Origin: the human T2T-CHM13v2.0 reference genome, Homo sapiens
Direction: 5' to 3' (one strand)
DNA: 64,000 nucleotides
Assembly: GCF_009914755.1 (NCBI RefSeq)
Contig: NC_060929.1
Shown here one piece after another: positions 32,924 through 51,150 of the stretch (positions are counted from its first letter, which is position 1; the number at the start of each line of letters is the position of its first letter). Position numbers and translations under genes: made by a program. The notes under the pieces are model-generated. The model saw only the letters and a program-made list of their open reading frames with translations. It was not told where the DNA came from and did no database searches.

Positions 32924-33617
32924 TACTTCTCTTTATTTAAATGTGAGTCTGCCCTTTCCAAACCACCAATTTATCTATCGGCTCCTAGGACCAATTTCAT
33001 CTCTCTCTGTCTTTAGCACTTGGCTCATGTTCTTCTGTCACTCTATATTGCCTATCATCATTCTTAAGCAACTTTAAGATACAATCTAATTAGCCTTTAG
33101 ATATTTGGAACTTGCAGTTCACCGCCTTGCTTTACTTTACAATATACTGCCCTCTCCTCCATTTATGAGTATGGTCATATCCTAGAACTCTTTACTGAAC
33201 AACTAACTCCCTTGCCTGACATCTTTCTTATTCCTCATGACACTTACAAAAATTACTCTATATTCCAACCAGGGTTTTCTTGCATCACAATTCCACCATG
33301 TTTACTTAGCACATTATTTCTCTATTAGTTTATAACTAAATTGCCTCTGCCTCTCCTTCATGGCACTGTCAACATTTTATTCCTCTCTCCAATGTCTTAA
33401 ATTCATTATCATAAAGTCTACTTTGTTAATTTCCATCTCTTTGATCACCCTCTAGCCAGCCAACCTTTCTGTTTTAATGCACAGATTTCCTGGAGAGAAA
33501 CACAAAACACGGTTGACAAGATCCAAAATGTAATCATGCTCTCCAACTTCTACCTCATCTTAACAAATATCTGGAAGCATTTTTGGCTCAGCCTTTATGA
33601 AAGCCTTGAAGCTTACT

Positions 33618-33800
33618 GGTAATGTGTCAGTAAACCCAGTAAACTTCATGGGGGAAAAAAAGCCCTGATTTATAGTATTTGCCAGTTACTGTGGTGTAAA
33701 TATTCCCACATGGCAGATTTTAAGCTAACAGTGGTTTAACAAACAGCTCATGAAATTCCTGAATATTTAACAATGGACTCTTGTGAGCTGGCACTCATGG
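33618..33800. mobile_element. MER63-like hAT DNA transposon fragment
   Basis: aaaagccctgatttatagtatttgccag...tggtgtaaatattcccac motif resembles the recalled MER63 consensus. Confidence 0.55.
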
Positions 33801-34009
33801 TGATTACACCATCCTGAGTAAATATTTCGTCTTCCTGTCATACATTGAAGCTATCGTGCTCTTACTATACCTTCATTTTCAGCTCAACATTCTATTATTT
33901 ATAGATTTAAATTTTCATGTATATCCCAGATAGGAAAAAAAAAAACTTTGTTTATTTCCAAAGGTAGCTTTTCTCAACTATCTCATTCTTAAGTCCTTGC
34001 TCCTTTTAT

Positions 34010-34329
34010 ATTATTTATTTATTGTATTCTATTTATTTATTTTTTGAGATGGAGTTTCGCTCTTGTTGCCCAGGCTGGAGTGCAGTGGCGTGATCTAGGC
34101 TCACTGTAACCTCTGCCTCCTGGGTTCAAGCGATTGTCCTGCCTCAGCCTCCCAAGTAGTTGGGATTACAGGTGCCTGCTATCACGCCCGGCTAATTTTT
34201 GTATTTTCAGTAGAGATGGGGTTTCACCATGTTGGCCAGGCGGGTCTCGAACCCCTGACCTCAGGTGATCCACCCGCCTTGGCCTCCCAAAGTGTTGGGA
34301 TTTACAGGCGTGAGCCACTGTGCCTGGCC
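34010..34329 (-). mobile_element. Alu (AluSq/Sx-like)
   Basis: Full-length antisense Alu; TSD tccttttata. Confidence 0.9.
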
Positions 34330-34888
34330 TCCTTTTATACTTTTAATTTCTCCTTCTTCATGATTCCTTCAAAGAGTTAAATAAAATAAACATTTAAAAA
34401 TACTTTTACAAATGTTATCTCAACTAGTTGTTCAATTTCTTTCAATTTTTTGCCCCGTCAAGCTCTTTATTTTTGGCTTATGCTGTTTCTACTTCATAGT
34501 CTTTGATGTCTTTATTAAAAATCAGCATTTGGGCTCCTAGCCCTAGGACCAGTAGTGTGAAGGACATAAAATATAACAATATAGGTAGAAGTACCATGTG
34601 AGTACAGAAGATACATTTGAGCTGGACAGTTGGGACTTACAGAGAGTAGATGCCCATCAGAAAGACAAAGAGAAGAACTGCTATAAAAAACAAAGAAAGA
34701 AAGAAAAGAAATCATGGTTTATTTGGGAAATGCTATGCTATGTTATATAGCTGCTATAGTGTGGGGCTTATAGGGGGTTGTGGTAAAGGGTGAGGCTGCA
34801 CAGTCAGACTATGAATGAATTTATGTTGTAGGAAATAAGGAGTCATGGGTTTTATAGAGACATGTTCAAATGTATGTTTTTAAAATCC

Positions 34889-35028
34889 TTTTTTATTTTT
34901 AAATATTTTGTACAGACAGAGCCTCACTTTTTTCTCCAAGCTGGTCTCAAACTCTTGGCCTCAAGCTATCCTCCTGACTCAGCTTCCTGAAGTGCTGGGA
35001 TTACAGGCATGACCTACCACACCTAGCC
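34889..35028 (-). mobile_element. Alu left monomer (FLAM-like)
   Basis: Single antisense monomer within L2-like sequence. Confidence 0.75.
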
Positions 35029-35613
35029 CTAAATTTATGTTTTAGAGAAATAAGTCTAGAGGCATCATGGAATATGAATACAAGTTAGAAGACCACTGGA
35101 AAAAAATCCTGGCAAGAGATGATAAAGAGTGATAGGCAGTGCTGATGAAGATAAGCAAGAGTAGGAGAATTTGAGGGTCATTTCACAAAGTACTTGGCAG
35201 AGCTTGGTGACAAACTGGGTGTGGCAGACAAAGAAAGGAAGAAGTTAAGATAATTCCTAGGTTTTCAACGTGGTGACTGGGTAGATGCTGCTGCTACTCA
35301 TTTATACATAGGGAATTCAGGAAGTGGGGCAGGTTTGGGGAAATGTCTGATTATAGGATTTGAAGGTACCAGAAGACACTGAGGTAGATATGATAAACAA
35401 ACTTTTAGAAATGCAGGTCTAGAATGTATCAGAGACCAGGACTAAGGATACAGCTTCAACTGAATAAACTTCTACTTTGTGCTGGACAAGATACTTGATC
35501 TAGGATTAAACTAGATTTTTGGTAGTTGAAACAACATGGTAGCATTAAAATGAAAAAAAAAAAAAGCAGCCAAGAAATGTAATTAGAAAACATTGCCAAT
35601 TAAGAATGGGTGG

Positions 35614-35986
<373 letters not shown>

Positions 35987-36034
35987 TCAAGCAAGTTAGA
36001 TTTTTAAGAAGGAGGTAGCAGATGCAGTGATTAG

Positions 36035-36357
<323 letters not shown>

Positions 36358-36927
36358 CTGGGTTTATTCTTGAAGGCTGTCAGGCTTAAGCTTTTTACCT
36401 TTCTGTGATACACCTAAAAGTAAATAAAAAAGTAATAAAAATATGGAAAACTAAAGAAACATTATTAAACCAAAAAAAGAAAAGATATTAATACAAAACC
36501 AAGGAGTCAAATATCTCAAATGTTAGGTATGATGAGGATAGAAAGTAAGTCACTGAGTTTGGTTGGTAAGTAGAAAGTCACTAATAACCTTCAAAATAGG
36601 ACTTTCATGGGAACTGAAATGGGTTGAGAAGTAAATTCAATAAACTTCCATTCATTACCTGTTATGTTTCAGGCACTTCATTGCCACATGGTGATTAAAA
36701 AGACAGGCCAAGGAATTAATTATCTAGGAGAAGGTGGTGAGGGAGTGGAAGTATGGGAGACATGGGATGGTGGCTGGAGACTGAGGAAGGGTTGAGAGAA
36801 GTTTTGTACTGGTAACCCCTCCCAACTCTAGAGGAGTAGAGAACTAGAGCCTTCGGATTGTCTTGGGATTTTGTTCACGGCATGGCACTAGAGGAAAGTT
36901 CCAGTCAATGGAAAGGGACATAGACTA

Positions 36928-37344
<417 letters not shown>

Positions 37345-37939
37345 TCAGAATTGAAAAGAAAATACATATATATATATATTTCTATTTCTGAGGTAAGAAG
37401 GAAGAAAGGTGACTAAAGGTCTGATAACATTGGACGCAAAGGGCAGAATCTGAAGAAATTTGAATCTAATGGTCTCTTCTTCTCCTCTGTAAAATATGAC
37501 ACAATTAGCTGATAGAGAAGGGGCCAAACATAATGTAGGTGCAGAATGAGAATAAAGAATTGCAATAGTATTCACTGAGGAGGACAAGAAAAGTAGCTAA
37601 GGAAGAGTGAAAAAAACAAACTGCTGGTAAAGCATCAGGGAGGACCTGGCTGAGGCTGAACATCACAGATCCTAATTATAACGTGTTAAGTATAAGGATA
37701 GAAATACGCATTAGGCATTGTGGAAGAATCAAAGGTGTCCTACAAATATTTCAAATTTAACGTTCAAAAAAAAACAAAAAACAAAGCCCCCAAACCTCAT
37801 TGCCTACCTTTACACCTGCTTCTTTTCCTGTGATCCTAGCTCAGTTGTGTTATTCCCATTCTCCCAGCTACTTGGATTCAAAGAGTTGAAATCACCTTCA
37901 AAACTCTTACCTTCTCTTTATCCCTAAATCCTCCTTCTA

Positions 37940-38261
<322 letters not shown>

Positions 38262-39439
38262 TCCTTCTAACCCTACCCTATACTTTATATTAAATACTCA
38301 TTAAGATGAAATGAAAGGTAAAAATGAAGATGTAGAAGATAAGCAAAATTAGAGGATTAGAAAGTCAAACACAGAATTTGAAGAACTTATTATTTGACAG
38401 AGAATAAAATTAAGGGCCACACATACTGTCTGGCTAATCTAGACAGATCACTCAAAAACTGTGATGAGAATCCAAATATTCTGAAATATTCTGAGTCCCA
38501 ATACCCATGATTGTGGTGCTGTGGTAGAGGGCAGAGAAGTAACTAGAGGACTTTCATTTTGTTAAATGATCTGTAACATTTTAGATAAGTGCCTTTCTTC
38601 AACTGTGAAGTTTAAAGCTATCTTACAAGCACTGGTTTACTAGAAATAAGGGAAGATAATATCAAGACATTATCTGTGCCACATGAAATTAAAAATATTC
38701 TATTTTAGTGCTTTTTAAAAAAATGAGCACCTATTTGTATAGAGCAGAGACTATTTGGAGTAATTTGTTCATATTTCCTTTAGGCTTAATCACTATTAAT
38801 AGATGCATATTTTCCTTAAAGGAGTTTCCTCTTTTTCCCCTGACAAGTGAGCGAATTAATGAGTATAATGCTATACTGAACATTTTGTTGTTTATGCCTA
38901 TCCCCTCTTTTACTATCCATTCCTTTAATTTTCTTTAGTAAACTATTTCTGCCTTTTTTTTTTTTTTTCATGTGGCTTGGGTGGGACTCAGGATGACATA
39001 ATTTAAACTTTTGGAACCAAGTGTGCTCAAAACCAAAAATATATCTGGACTTTTCAGATATATGATCCAGTAATACTCTTTTTCAGTATAAGTCTAGTTT
39101 GGTTGGTGTTCCGGACCTTGTAATCAAAAGTGTCTATTTTCAGTAAAATGTTTGATAATGATCAGAACTTGTACAAAGATCAGAATCCTTCGTGAAAAAG
39201 AAAAAAAAAAGAAAAATTACAATTAGGGAGTTTGTAAATAAACCTCTAAGTAAGAATCTGAGACCAATACTGTAATGCTCAGGGGTAAGAAAATTAAAAA
39301 TTAAAATCGTAACTTTTATTTGGAATTAAAAATATGAGTTTGCCCTTAAAAATGTTTTTCCTGCTGTCATGTAAAAGAGTGCCAAAAATATTTTTGAGCA
39401 AAACACTTTTATATGACAAAATTGTGGACAAAGATTAGG

Positions 39440-41160
<1,721 letters not shown>

Positions 41161-43657
41161 AAAAAATAGTAAACAAAACATATTTGAAAACAGCAAAAAC
41201 AAAACAAACAACTACTTCAATATGCTGCCTTGAGGAGTCAGAGACTAACTGTATTGGTACGAACTGAAAAGTGTTTTAATATTAAATATGGGCAGGAAGT
41301 CTAAGAAACTTGGAATTCAACATAATTTGGATAAGTTGTCACCACAAAATGATCCATGGTTTTTGGGGAAAAATACCTCCTTAATACTTTTTGCTTCTGT
41401 TTCATAGAAGCCCTAGGTCTTTGCTAGAAAGTCGTCAGTTATCTATGATTTTTTTCCCCTTGTTCTTAGAGTGGTCATTTTCAGAGGCCTACTTTTCCTT
41501 TGGATGCTCAGGATGATGACTACTTTCTCTCTCTAAAGAGAGAATGATAGGCCTCCTCCACTTCTTTTCCCTATTCTCATACTTTGAGTAAGGGTAGATG
41601 TTTGCACATTTGGTATACATTCATCGAGGAGACTGCTTTCAACTCCATTACTTGCCTACATGTGTGCTAGTCAAATGCCCATTTCAGACTGGTGGACAGC
41701 AGTTTGATGTGTACAGCTTTTACCCTAATTCCTTATGTTTCTCAGGGTCTAAAATAATGCATAACTGCTAGTGTGTTATAGCGTATTCTCCTACCCACAG
41801 TGCCCAGCGCTATGAAATCCTAAAGAGATGGAGTACCTAAAAAACTAAAAGTCATCAGAACACAGAGCTCCCCTCTCATCTATACTGTTTACTTGGATAA
41901 TATACCCCCTTGGTACAATGAAACATCCTTGTCAATATCAACCGCTCAAACCCTGTCCACCTTCCTAGGTGCCTTGTGGGAGATATAATCTTTGAATGAG
42001 TGTGTAAAAGAAGGTACTTATAAAGGTGGGTAGTGGTGGGTGTGAATTGTACTCTGGCTGCCTACAATGGCAGTAAAGGGATGACTGGCTGAGCTGACAA
42101 TGAGGAATAAGAGAATGGTTTTTGTGCTTCTAGGTGGGAAGGTTTCCATAGTTAAGGTGAGCCATTGGTTGTGCTTTTCCATCTAGCTTCATGAGACATG
42201 CAGATAATGGAAATTCTTTCCAGATTCTGGCACTGGGAAGAGTTTTGTTACAAAAAATGTTTTCTTGCATTCTTTTTATGGGCATTTAAATAGGAAGTTA
42301 AAATAAATGTATCTTGACCTGCTAGACAGGTGTGATTTTAAAGTGAAATCTTGAATGAATTGGTTAGGTCAAATAGTAAGAAGCTAATAGATCATAAGAA
42401 GTAAACTCTTGTAAAGCATGTAAGCAAATGAAAATAATTTTGAGGGTGTAAAGGTACTCTATTCCAACACAATCTGGCAAAACACTATTTTAGGAGAAAG
42501 ACTTGTTGAAATTAAATAACACACTGAAGACTCAAATGGAAGCAACATCATTCTTTTCACTTCAAATAATTTCAATTACTTAGCAAACATCGTAGCTATT
42601 AAAATTAAGAGAAAAGCAGATAACATGAATTAACATTTTAAAAAATATATGACAGTTATTTACTTGAGCTGAAAGTGATTCCTGCTTCAAAACAGCAATG
42701 GATTTAGGATGATTCTTCCTATACCCTAACCTTAAACACTGGATCGGTTTCATATTCATTTAACATTAAGGCCACTGCTAGCCAATGAAGATACCTTTGT
42801 ACATATTAGCAAAAAGCATCCTCTTTGCGTAGATGCCCATTGACTTCACAAGGGGATCACAGGTTGTATTTCATTCTCCTACTGACTCTCTTGACCCGGG
42901 AACCTTTGTGCAGTGCACACAGTACACAGATGTACATGGCAGACTTCTCTCACATATCGAAGAACTCAAGGTTTCAAAGACAAGAAGGAAAAACATCTCC
43001 AGGATCACAACATTAAAATCATATTAAGATCGATAGCTTAATTTTCAACCTGTGCACATATTTCTGTGACATTATTAAGAGAGATAAATATTAGTGCCAT
43101 CAAACCACGGCCACAAATATATAAGGAAAATTCCCAAGATGTCAGGTATATAGAGAGATGTACAAGGATGGCAATTTAGCTAACAGGTACAAGGTAAATA
43201 TGCATTTGCTTTCTGGGGCAGCAAGAAAGCAAACCTAGATGTAATTGATATAGCAAATAAAATCATAATAATTTGGCTTCTTCTAACAGGTTGATTGTAT
43301 TTGGCAACTCAGTGATTATTAATAGTTATTTTAGAAGATCAAACCATTTTATGATACAGATCACTATTTATAGGCTATTGTAGTATATACTTAAGTCACA
43401 CTATTTCAATTTTTATTTTTGAAAGTCTTGTTGACAATAGAATGCATGTTTACATTAGACCTTGAAGTGAAAGAAAATTACATAATTTCAAAAAATTATG
43501 CATCTTTTTCTAAAATTTATATTAAACTTTTTGAATGATTACTTAAAAAAGGGTTACTACAACCAATTGCAAAGCTTTCAAAAGCAAAATGTTTTTGTGA
43601 TTTTTGTTAAATGTTACAAAATGCAAAATATTAAAAAAAATATATATATATACTCAC

Positions 43658-43706
43658 TGAATTGGCATTTGTTGGGTTTGGCCAAGGTCTACCACCACCT
43701 GGACCC
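43658..43706 (-). CDS. SSBP2: SSBP2 coding exon (~exon 10), (M)[16 protein letters not shown]
   Basis: 49 nt, ttgtAG / GTgagt boundaries; phase 2->0. Confidence 0.96.
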
Positions 43707-44670
43707 CTACAAAACAATTTGATAAATGAAATTTTAACCTATGCTTTGAAGGTTTCACAATAATCAATGACAAATCATAAAATATAACATTTATAATTCA
43801 GTTACTATGCAGTTCTAGTTTGGCACTGAAATTACTCTCTTTATATTTATTTTAATAGCTTTTTATATTAATTAAGTCCCCCAAAAGAAAAGTTTTCTTC
43901 CCAAATTGAACTGCTTTTAGAAAGCCCAGTTTTATTTTAATATTAAATGGTTATTGTTATAAAGATGGTAACTGCTCATAGGAGTAAATATATACATACA
44001 TTGAAATCATTATAAAACACACTTCTGTAGTGAAAAGTATTATGAACTAAATATAAACCATAACCTTGTGATATCAATATGAGCTTCCTGTATCTCATTC
44101 AAAATAAAATTTGTAAAACATCAATATATGTAAAATGATTGATCTTAAGCTATAAGCAAATAAAAATATATAAAAGGTATCTAAAGTTGCCTTTTAAAAA
44201 AAAACCACAGAGTATCACACATTACTTTTATATTTATTAATCTATCTTTCAATGCTACTGATGATTTAGTTACTATTAAATGAGAAATCCCATTTCTTGT
44301 TCTCATAATTTCAGTCCAGATAGTGGCCAGAGCAAATCTTAGAAAAAATGGGAGATAATCTATGCCAATATATTACTTCATTTTAGAGTAAAGGAGAATG
44401 TTCTGTATTCCACAGCTTCTAAGGACACTGAGTTTTTAAAGTAAAATTAATGCCCAATTAATTAAATCAAAAAGGTCTCTTGTCCTCATACTTTAGTACT
44501 AAATTGTGTACCTGAATAAAGACTGTCTTATGAAAAGCAGACTACTGTCAGTCGGTCTCCTCTAATTAGGGTCATTTAAAATTCCCCTTCATTTGAATCA
44601 CTAAGACAATGAAAATTTTTAATTAAAAAAAATCCCTTGATTCTAAGACCTTAAACCTAAAATTCTAAAT

Positions 44671-44898
44671 CAGGAGTGTCCAATCTTTTGGCTTCCTTGG
44701 GCCACACTGGAAGAAGAACTGTCTTGGGCTACACATAAAATACACTAACACTAACGATAGCTGATGAGCTAATAAAAAAAAAAGAATTACAAATAAAATC
44801 TCATAATGTTTTAAGAAAGTTTACAAATTTGTGTTGGGTCACATTCAAAGCCGTCCTGGGCCACATTTGGCCCACAGGCCACAGGTTGGACAAGCTAG
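44671..44898 (+). mobile_element. MER30 hAT-Charlie MITE
   Basis: caggagtgtccaatc ... ggttggacaagctag termini; perfect 8-bp TSD ttctaaat. Confidence 0.88.
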
Positions 44899-46020
44899 TT
44901 CTAAATGTTAGATAAAGAGGCTGAGCAAGTTAGTTATGATATTACCCATGTTTGCATGGAATATTTAGAACAGTTTTTAGTTTTGTTTTGAGATTCCCTA
45001 GAGGTGTGAGCAGCAGGGAAGGGAATGAGTCCTGTCCCTGGGCTCTATTAGGAATGCCCAAGTGGAATTTTTTCCCAATTCAGCTTGAGGTATAGAAGAT
45101 ACCAGTGGGGACTTGATAAAATTTTGTGCATAGGGAGAAAGAAGGTGAGAGGCATTTGTATTGATTGTCTTTGGAAATTGTTGCCTCTCCAAGATGATGA
45201 TGGAGATGATGATTTTACAATTAATTACTGGAACACTTCAGAAAAATGATTTTACCTATAGGATTCAGTGTCCTAATGGACAGAATCTAAGGTAAAACAT
45301 AAGATATGTGTTGACCAAGTAAAACATTTGGGTAGTAAGGTACATCCACATGATTTGTTTGATGTTAAATAAAACACAGTAAAAAAACTTGGGAACATTT
45401 ATCTTAAAATGACATAAAAGTACACCATATGCAGATCCTGGCAAAATTTATATATAATAATGTTATGTAGATAATCTTATAATTTTGAAATATCATAACC
45501 AAACAAGTACTGTATGAATAAGATGCATAAATAGAATAAACTATTTTTATTTTCAAATTTTTCTAATGTTAAACATGCTAACCTAAATGTTAAAATAATT
45601 AAATATTTAATTTAATTTAATTGCATTAAATTAAATGTTACATTTATGTCATAACATTATATATTTCAATTTGATAAATACCAATCTAGTTCCAACATAC
45701 TAAGTGTTTCATAATAAATTTCATTTTACTATTAAGTATTAATAATTCATATGGATAAGTTAAATTTCTCCTAACATTACCATTGTGTTTGAAAATACTT
45801 TAAGTTTCACAAGTATTTTATAAAAAGTGAGGGTTATAGTAGGGAGTAGTTCTATTAGAACAACTAGTTAAGCTCAGTAATTCCCACTCCTTTTGAGGGC
45901 CCTCAGTATTATTAAGAAAGTAATTTACAAATTATAACATAGGAATTATTTTGAATGAAAATTTCTATATAAGTATGGTTTGAAGTAGAATCAGGTTAGC
46001 CTCATTTAAAAATGAAGAGA

Positions 46021-46283
46021 GGCTGGACATGATAGTTTATGCCTGTAATCCCAAAGCTTTGCGAGGCCGAGGCGGGGGGACCACTTGAGCTCAGGAGTTG
46101 AAGGCCATTCTGAGCAACATGTCGAAACCCCATCTACACAAAAAATACAAAAATTAGCCGGGCGTGGTGGCGCATGCCTGTGGTCCCAGCCACTTAGGAG
46201 GCTGAGGCAGGAGAATTGCTTGAACCGGAGAGGCAGAAGTTGCAGTGAGCCGAGATCATGCTACAGCACTCCAACCTGGGTGC
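46021..46283 (+). mobile_element. Alu, 3'-truncated
   Basis: Alu sequence stops after ccaacctgggtg; no A tail. Confidence 0.85.
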
Positions 46284-46361
46284 AGAAGTCTGCATTTTTT
46301 GGTAAGGAGGTTGATTTTGATGAAATCAAATCAACCACTATTACCAAAGAGAAAAATCCTC

Positions 46362-46738
<377 letters not shown>

Positions 46739-49576
46739 TAATTCTGCAGGATATAATACAGAATAAGAAGATCCTCTGAAATCCTTTTGGCCTCGTAGTA
46801 TTGCTTAATAGTAATGTATACAAAGTTGAGTTAGGGGTGCTTTAATACTAAATCCTAAATTCTTTGGAAACTTATAAAAATGTATTTAATTTAGAAATAC
46901 ATGATTATTCAAATTTCCTTTAAACAGTAATCTACAATGCATTAGAAAATTATATTTTGGCCATAACTTATAAATGCTACTTTAAATTACTTAAATTTAG
47001 TTTTGGCTTCTAAGATACAATACTGGTTACAGAAACATAGAAAGTAAGTTTTTCAGTGACACAATATAATTTATCCTAAGTTTAGAGCATGAAAACAAAG
47101 TTTTTTAAACAATAAGGTTACCAAATTTACTTCCGAATGATTTATTCTGCAATAAAGAAATACAGTTGTCAGTTAGAATATAGTCTTTAATTACTTTAGT
47201 GACCAGGGTTGGGAATTTTTTATTGTCATCATACTCTCATGGCAAATAAGAAAAAATGACAAGCTAAAGAAAAATTATCCAGATATGAGTCTCTGGCATG
47301 CTCCTCCTAACACATAAATATTTTTGTTACTTAAATAGTTTAGTTAGTTCAAGACAGAGCGTAAGGTAACACCTTTCTAATGCCTTTTTCTTCCATTTTT
47401 AAGGAATATGCAAAATTCCTTAATGACATGAAGCTACAAATACGTTAGGAATACTGTGTGTATGCATTACAGTTAGACTTTGTTTTAAAGATAATACATT
47501 ATAAAGTGAATTTCAATAAAGCTTACCCTATTGAGTGCAATGGAGATAATATGTTTCACTTTTTATGTCTCTAAACAAACCTTTGCTTTTTTGGGGCCAA
47601 TATCAATATAATAGTTACACTCTTATAGAGCATTCATACCTGAGAAGTTTCCCTATTAGAGGAAAATATTTACAAGTGTAAAAATGTAAATATTTACATT
47701 TCATTGTCCTTGAAGGAATCCTGATTTTTAGAAAACTAAAAATGGTATAGGATCTTACATAAAAGAAAACAGTAACAAAAAAATGGAGATCAGAGTCTGT
47801 AAGGCTTAAAGGTTCTTTACAAAGAAGATATTATATTAATAGTAAAATATGATGTAATTGAAAATACTTAAAAGTATCTAGGGATTAAACTTAAATAAGA
47901 CACCCAAACCTAAATATCAACAAAAAGTAATCATATTAAAAATTTCAGCCATATTTTTAGTCTCCATAGTCTAGGAAATTAAATGCATGCACATGTATAT
48001 GCTTAAGTATATCTGGGAAAGAAACTAGACAATTGGAAGCAGTTATTTTAATCTCTCAATGGTCACATAGAAACAATTTTTTTCTCTGAACAGGGAAAAC
48101 TAAGTGGATTTAAAGTTGGCCGTATGATCAATTATAATGCAGAGTAATGTACAAATGATATTAGATACATTCTTATTGAATGATCATTCTGGGGTGATCA
48201 TAGTATTCAAAATATATACTCCTTACATTTATACATGGTATTCAACATCATACCCCTTAAAATCTGCATTTTAAAGTAAGAATCTCATGTGGGTATGTTT
48301 TATATACATCTCCATCCTATTGGTAAGAGCTTCAGCTTTTGACATAATAAGCAGAAAATGCCATTCACTCTTTTTTGAAGCAACCATTAATACAAGGCCA
48401 AGCCTTTGAGGAATTTAAGAAGAGTCGGATTTCATGTGTATCCATTTTTACTTTAAAAGTAAAAAGATGTGATAGGAAAATCTGACCTACTTTCCCTCCT
48501 GCTCTGTTAGTTTTAAGCCTAGCTGGTACCCACCTATTAACCTATTTTCTATTTCAGGCAAATTTGCTTTCCATGAAAATGGCTTCAGAAACTTAAAAAA
48601 AATCCTGCATAGATGAAAAGAGCTTATTTCACAGTGTATCTTCAATGCCATTAAATGATGGCAGAGTTGTTTAATTTGATATATAAGTAATCAAAACACG
48701 AACTGATGGAAACACACTTGAGGAGACACCCACAAACCTATATGGAACACTTTCATTACTTTTGGTAAATTTTCTTTAGGCCACATCATGAAACTGATCC
48801 TCTTGTGAATTAATGAAAGTCACTAACAAGTACCTTGTGTATATAAGACTTGGAGGGCAAGCTGGATAATGAAAAAGAAAAATTTCCTAACAAACTACAT
48901 TATATTGGCTGATAGAAACAAACTACTCTCTTTGGGTTGGAAAGGCCATTCCAATAAAAAATTTAGTTTACTCCTTATCTAAATGTGTCTGGAATTTTTC
49001 AAAACAAAATTCATCCTACGCTACGGAAAGTTCTTTGATAGAGATTATAGTATACTACCAGAGAGAATTCTTCCTGTGTTGACAGTAGTCCCAACAAAGC
49101 AAAAGTAGAGATATGTATGTATTTATGAGTTAAAAACTCCACTCATAGAATCACTATGTATCTGTTAAAAATGAGGTTAACCGTATTCAATTATCTACTT
49201 CTACAGAGTTAAGTCAAAGTCCTGGTGTTAGCATCTCTTCATATTTTATATACTATATGGAGACTCTGTAGTTATCAAAATGAAATAGACTAAAAGCTGT
49301 TATTTATAGCACTTGAAAATGAAAAAAAATTAAAGGTTGCAAGGGAACAAAGAAAACATAAGAGATTATGTTGTGAAAATGAAGCAAACACTACAGCTCT
49401 TGTTTAGTTCATTTTTATACCACACAGAGACTGTGGTGCTCAAATTGTTTTACAAATTAACGTCATTTTAGAGGCCAGAAAATAGAACACTTTACTAAAT
49501 AGAATAATATGGTATTATTTATATATATAAAATATCATCCACGTAATAATGTAGTATATGATATAACATTGCTTAC

Positions 49577-49644
49577 ATGTTCATTCCAGGCATTCCAGGG
49601 CCACCTAAAGCATTCAGTGGGGGTCTCATTGCACCTCCATAGTT
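49577..49644 (-). CDS. SSBP2: SSBP2 coding exon (~exon 9), [22 protein letters not shown](M); alternative acceptor extends it to 49668
   Basis: 68 nt, ttacAG / GTaagc boundaries; phase 0->2. Confidence 0.96.
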
Positions 49645-50299
49645 CTGTAATGATAACCAAGGGTCAGACTACCACAAAACAAAAAAACAAAACCAAAGAG
49701 GAGGGGGGAAAGAAAGGAGAGCACGTTAATGATTTCCCTACATAACTCCAATTGGATAAGGCCTGTGTAATTCATTCTCTGAGGGGTCCATTCTTGTATT
49801 TTTGCTTCTATTTTAGCAATTACTTTGGTCTATGTCTTTTTAAAACCATGTGAATATGTATGATCACTGGAGCACGTTAAATGATTAAGGTATGGCTGCA
49901 ATTATATTTCAATATATTTTATTAATATCCTAAGATATGTACAATAGTAAACATTTTCAAATGAAACATATCATAAATCCAAAATTCAATTTTGAAAGAG
50001 TGATTCAATGTTTGAAATTGTCAGACCCAGCACAATGACATAAAGTCCGAAAAGAAAACAAAACAGGTGAACCCAACACAAGAAAGTTAAATGCAAACTT
50101 CTATTCACAAAATAACATGTCCAACACAGAAATGCATTAATATACAAATACACAAAAAGTATAAAAACTAATGTATATTCAAAATACGTATGCATGAATT
50201 ATATGACTCAATCAGCTTCTGTTAATATCTATCATGTGCATTCAAAGGATAAAAACATTTTAATGTTTTAACATGTACATGTTATTAGATTAGTTTAGT

Positions 50300-51150
50300 T
50301 GCCATAGGGACAAAAAGGCTAATTTTATCACTATTATCTTAATGTATTTTGACATTATCAACAACTTTCACACTTGGCTTTCTGATACCAATATTCCTCC
50401 AACTCTTCTGGGTACTCTTTTTCAATTTCCTTTGCTAGCTCTTTTTATTTTGCTAAACCTTTAAATGTTGCTTTTCTCCAAGTTCTAGCTATAGCACTCT
50501 TTTCAATAAAACACATTTATGAGTAATCTTATCTGCCACCATTTGTTCAACAACTACTTATATGTTAGGAATCTCAAATCTTTATATCTGATCATGATGT
50601 CTTTCCTAAGCTCCCAGATAACTCATACGTTGAACTTCATAGGATTTGTTTCCATCTGGATACCATCTTACTCACAACATATCTAAAAGTAAACTCAATA
50701 TTATCTTCTCATGACTGAGTTCTTTGTACTGCTTTCCTCGTCACTTCTGTGCTATCACTTTCCACACAATAGCCCAAGCTAAGAATTTCCAGGAGCTCTT
50801 GATGTTTCTTCCTTTTCTTTCAAATTCCCATATCCAGTCAGTTACCAAAGTCCATTGATTCTATCTATGAAATAGCTCTTGAAATAGTTCTCTCCTCTTA
50901 TTACTAATCTTTGTCACTTACTGAGACTACTGCACTGTCTTAATTGTTTCTCTGATTTAGTCTCTCCTGCTCCCAATCTATTCTCCAAACTGCCTCAGGA
51001 GCTATCCTTCTAAAACTCAGTCCTACTCATGTCACTTAGAAGCTATGATGACCCACACTACCTGTCAAATAAGTTTAAACTTCTCAGCGTGGCTCTATGA
51101 GGTATTCAAGGCTCAGCCCCAGCCTATCTTTCCTGTCCTCATTTTCTATA
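50300..51150. mobile_element. L2 (LINE-2) remnant
   Basis: Degenerate motifs such as ctcaaatctttatatc, catatccagtcagttaccaaagtcc, aatctattctcca; boundaries approximate. Confidence 0.55.

Noticed and set aside
48738-48756. tatggaacactt resembling the antisense U6 3' end
   Set aside because: Similarity does not extend beyond about 12 nt
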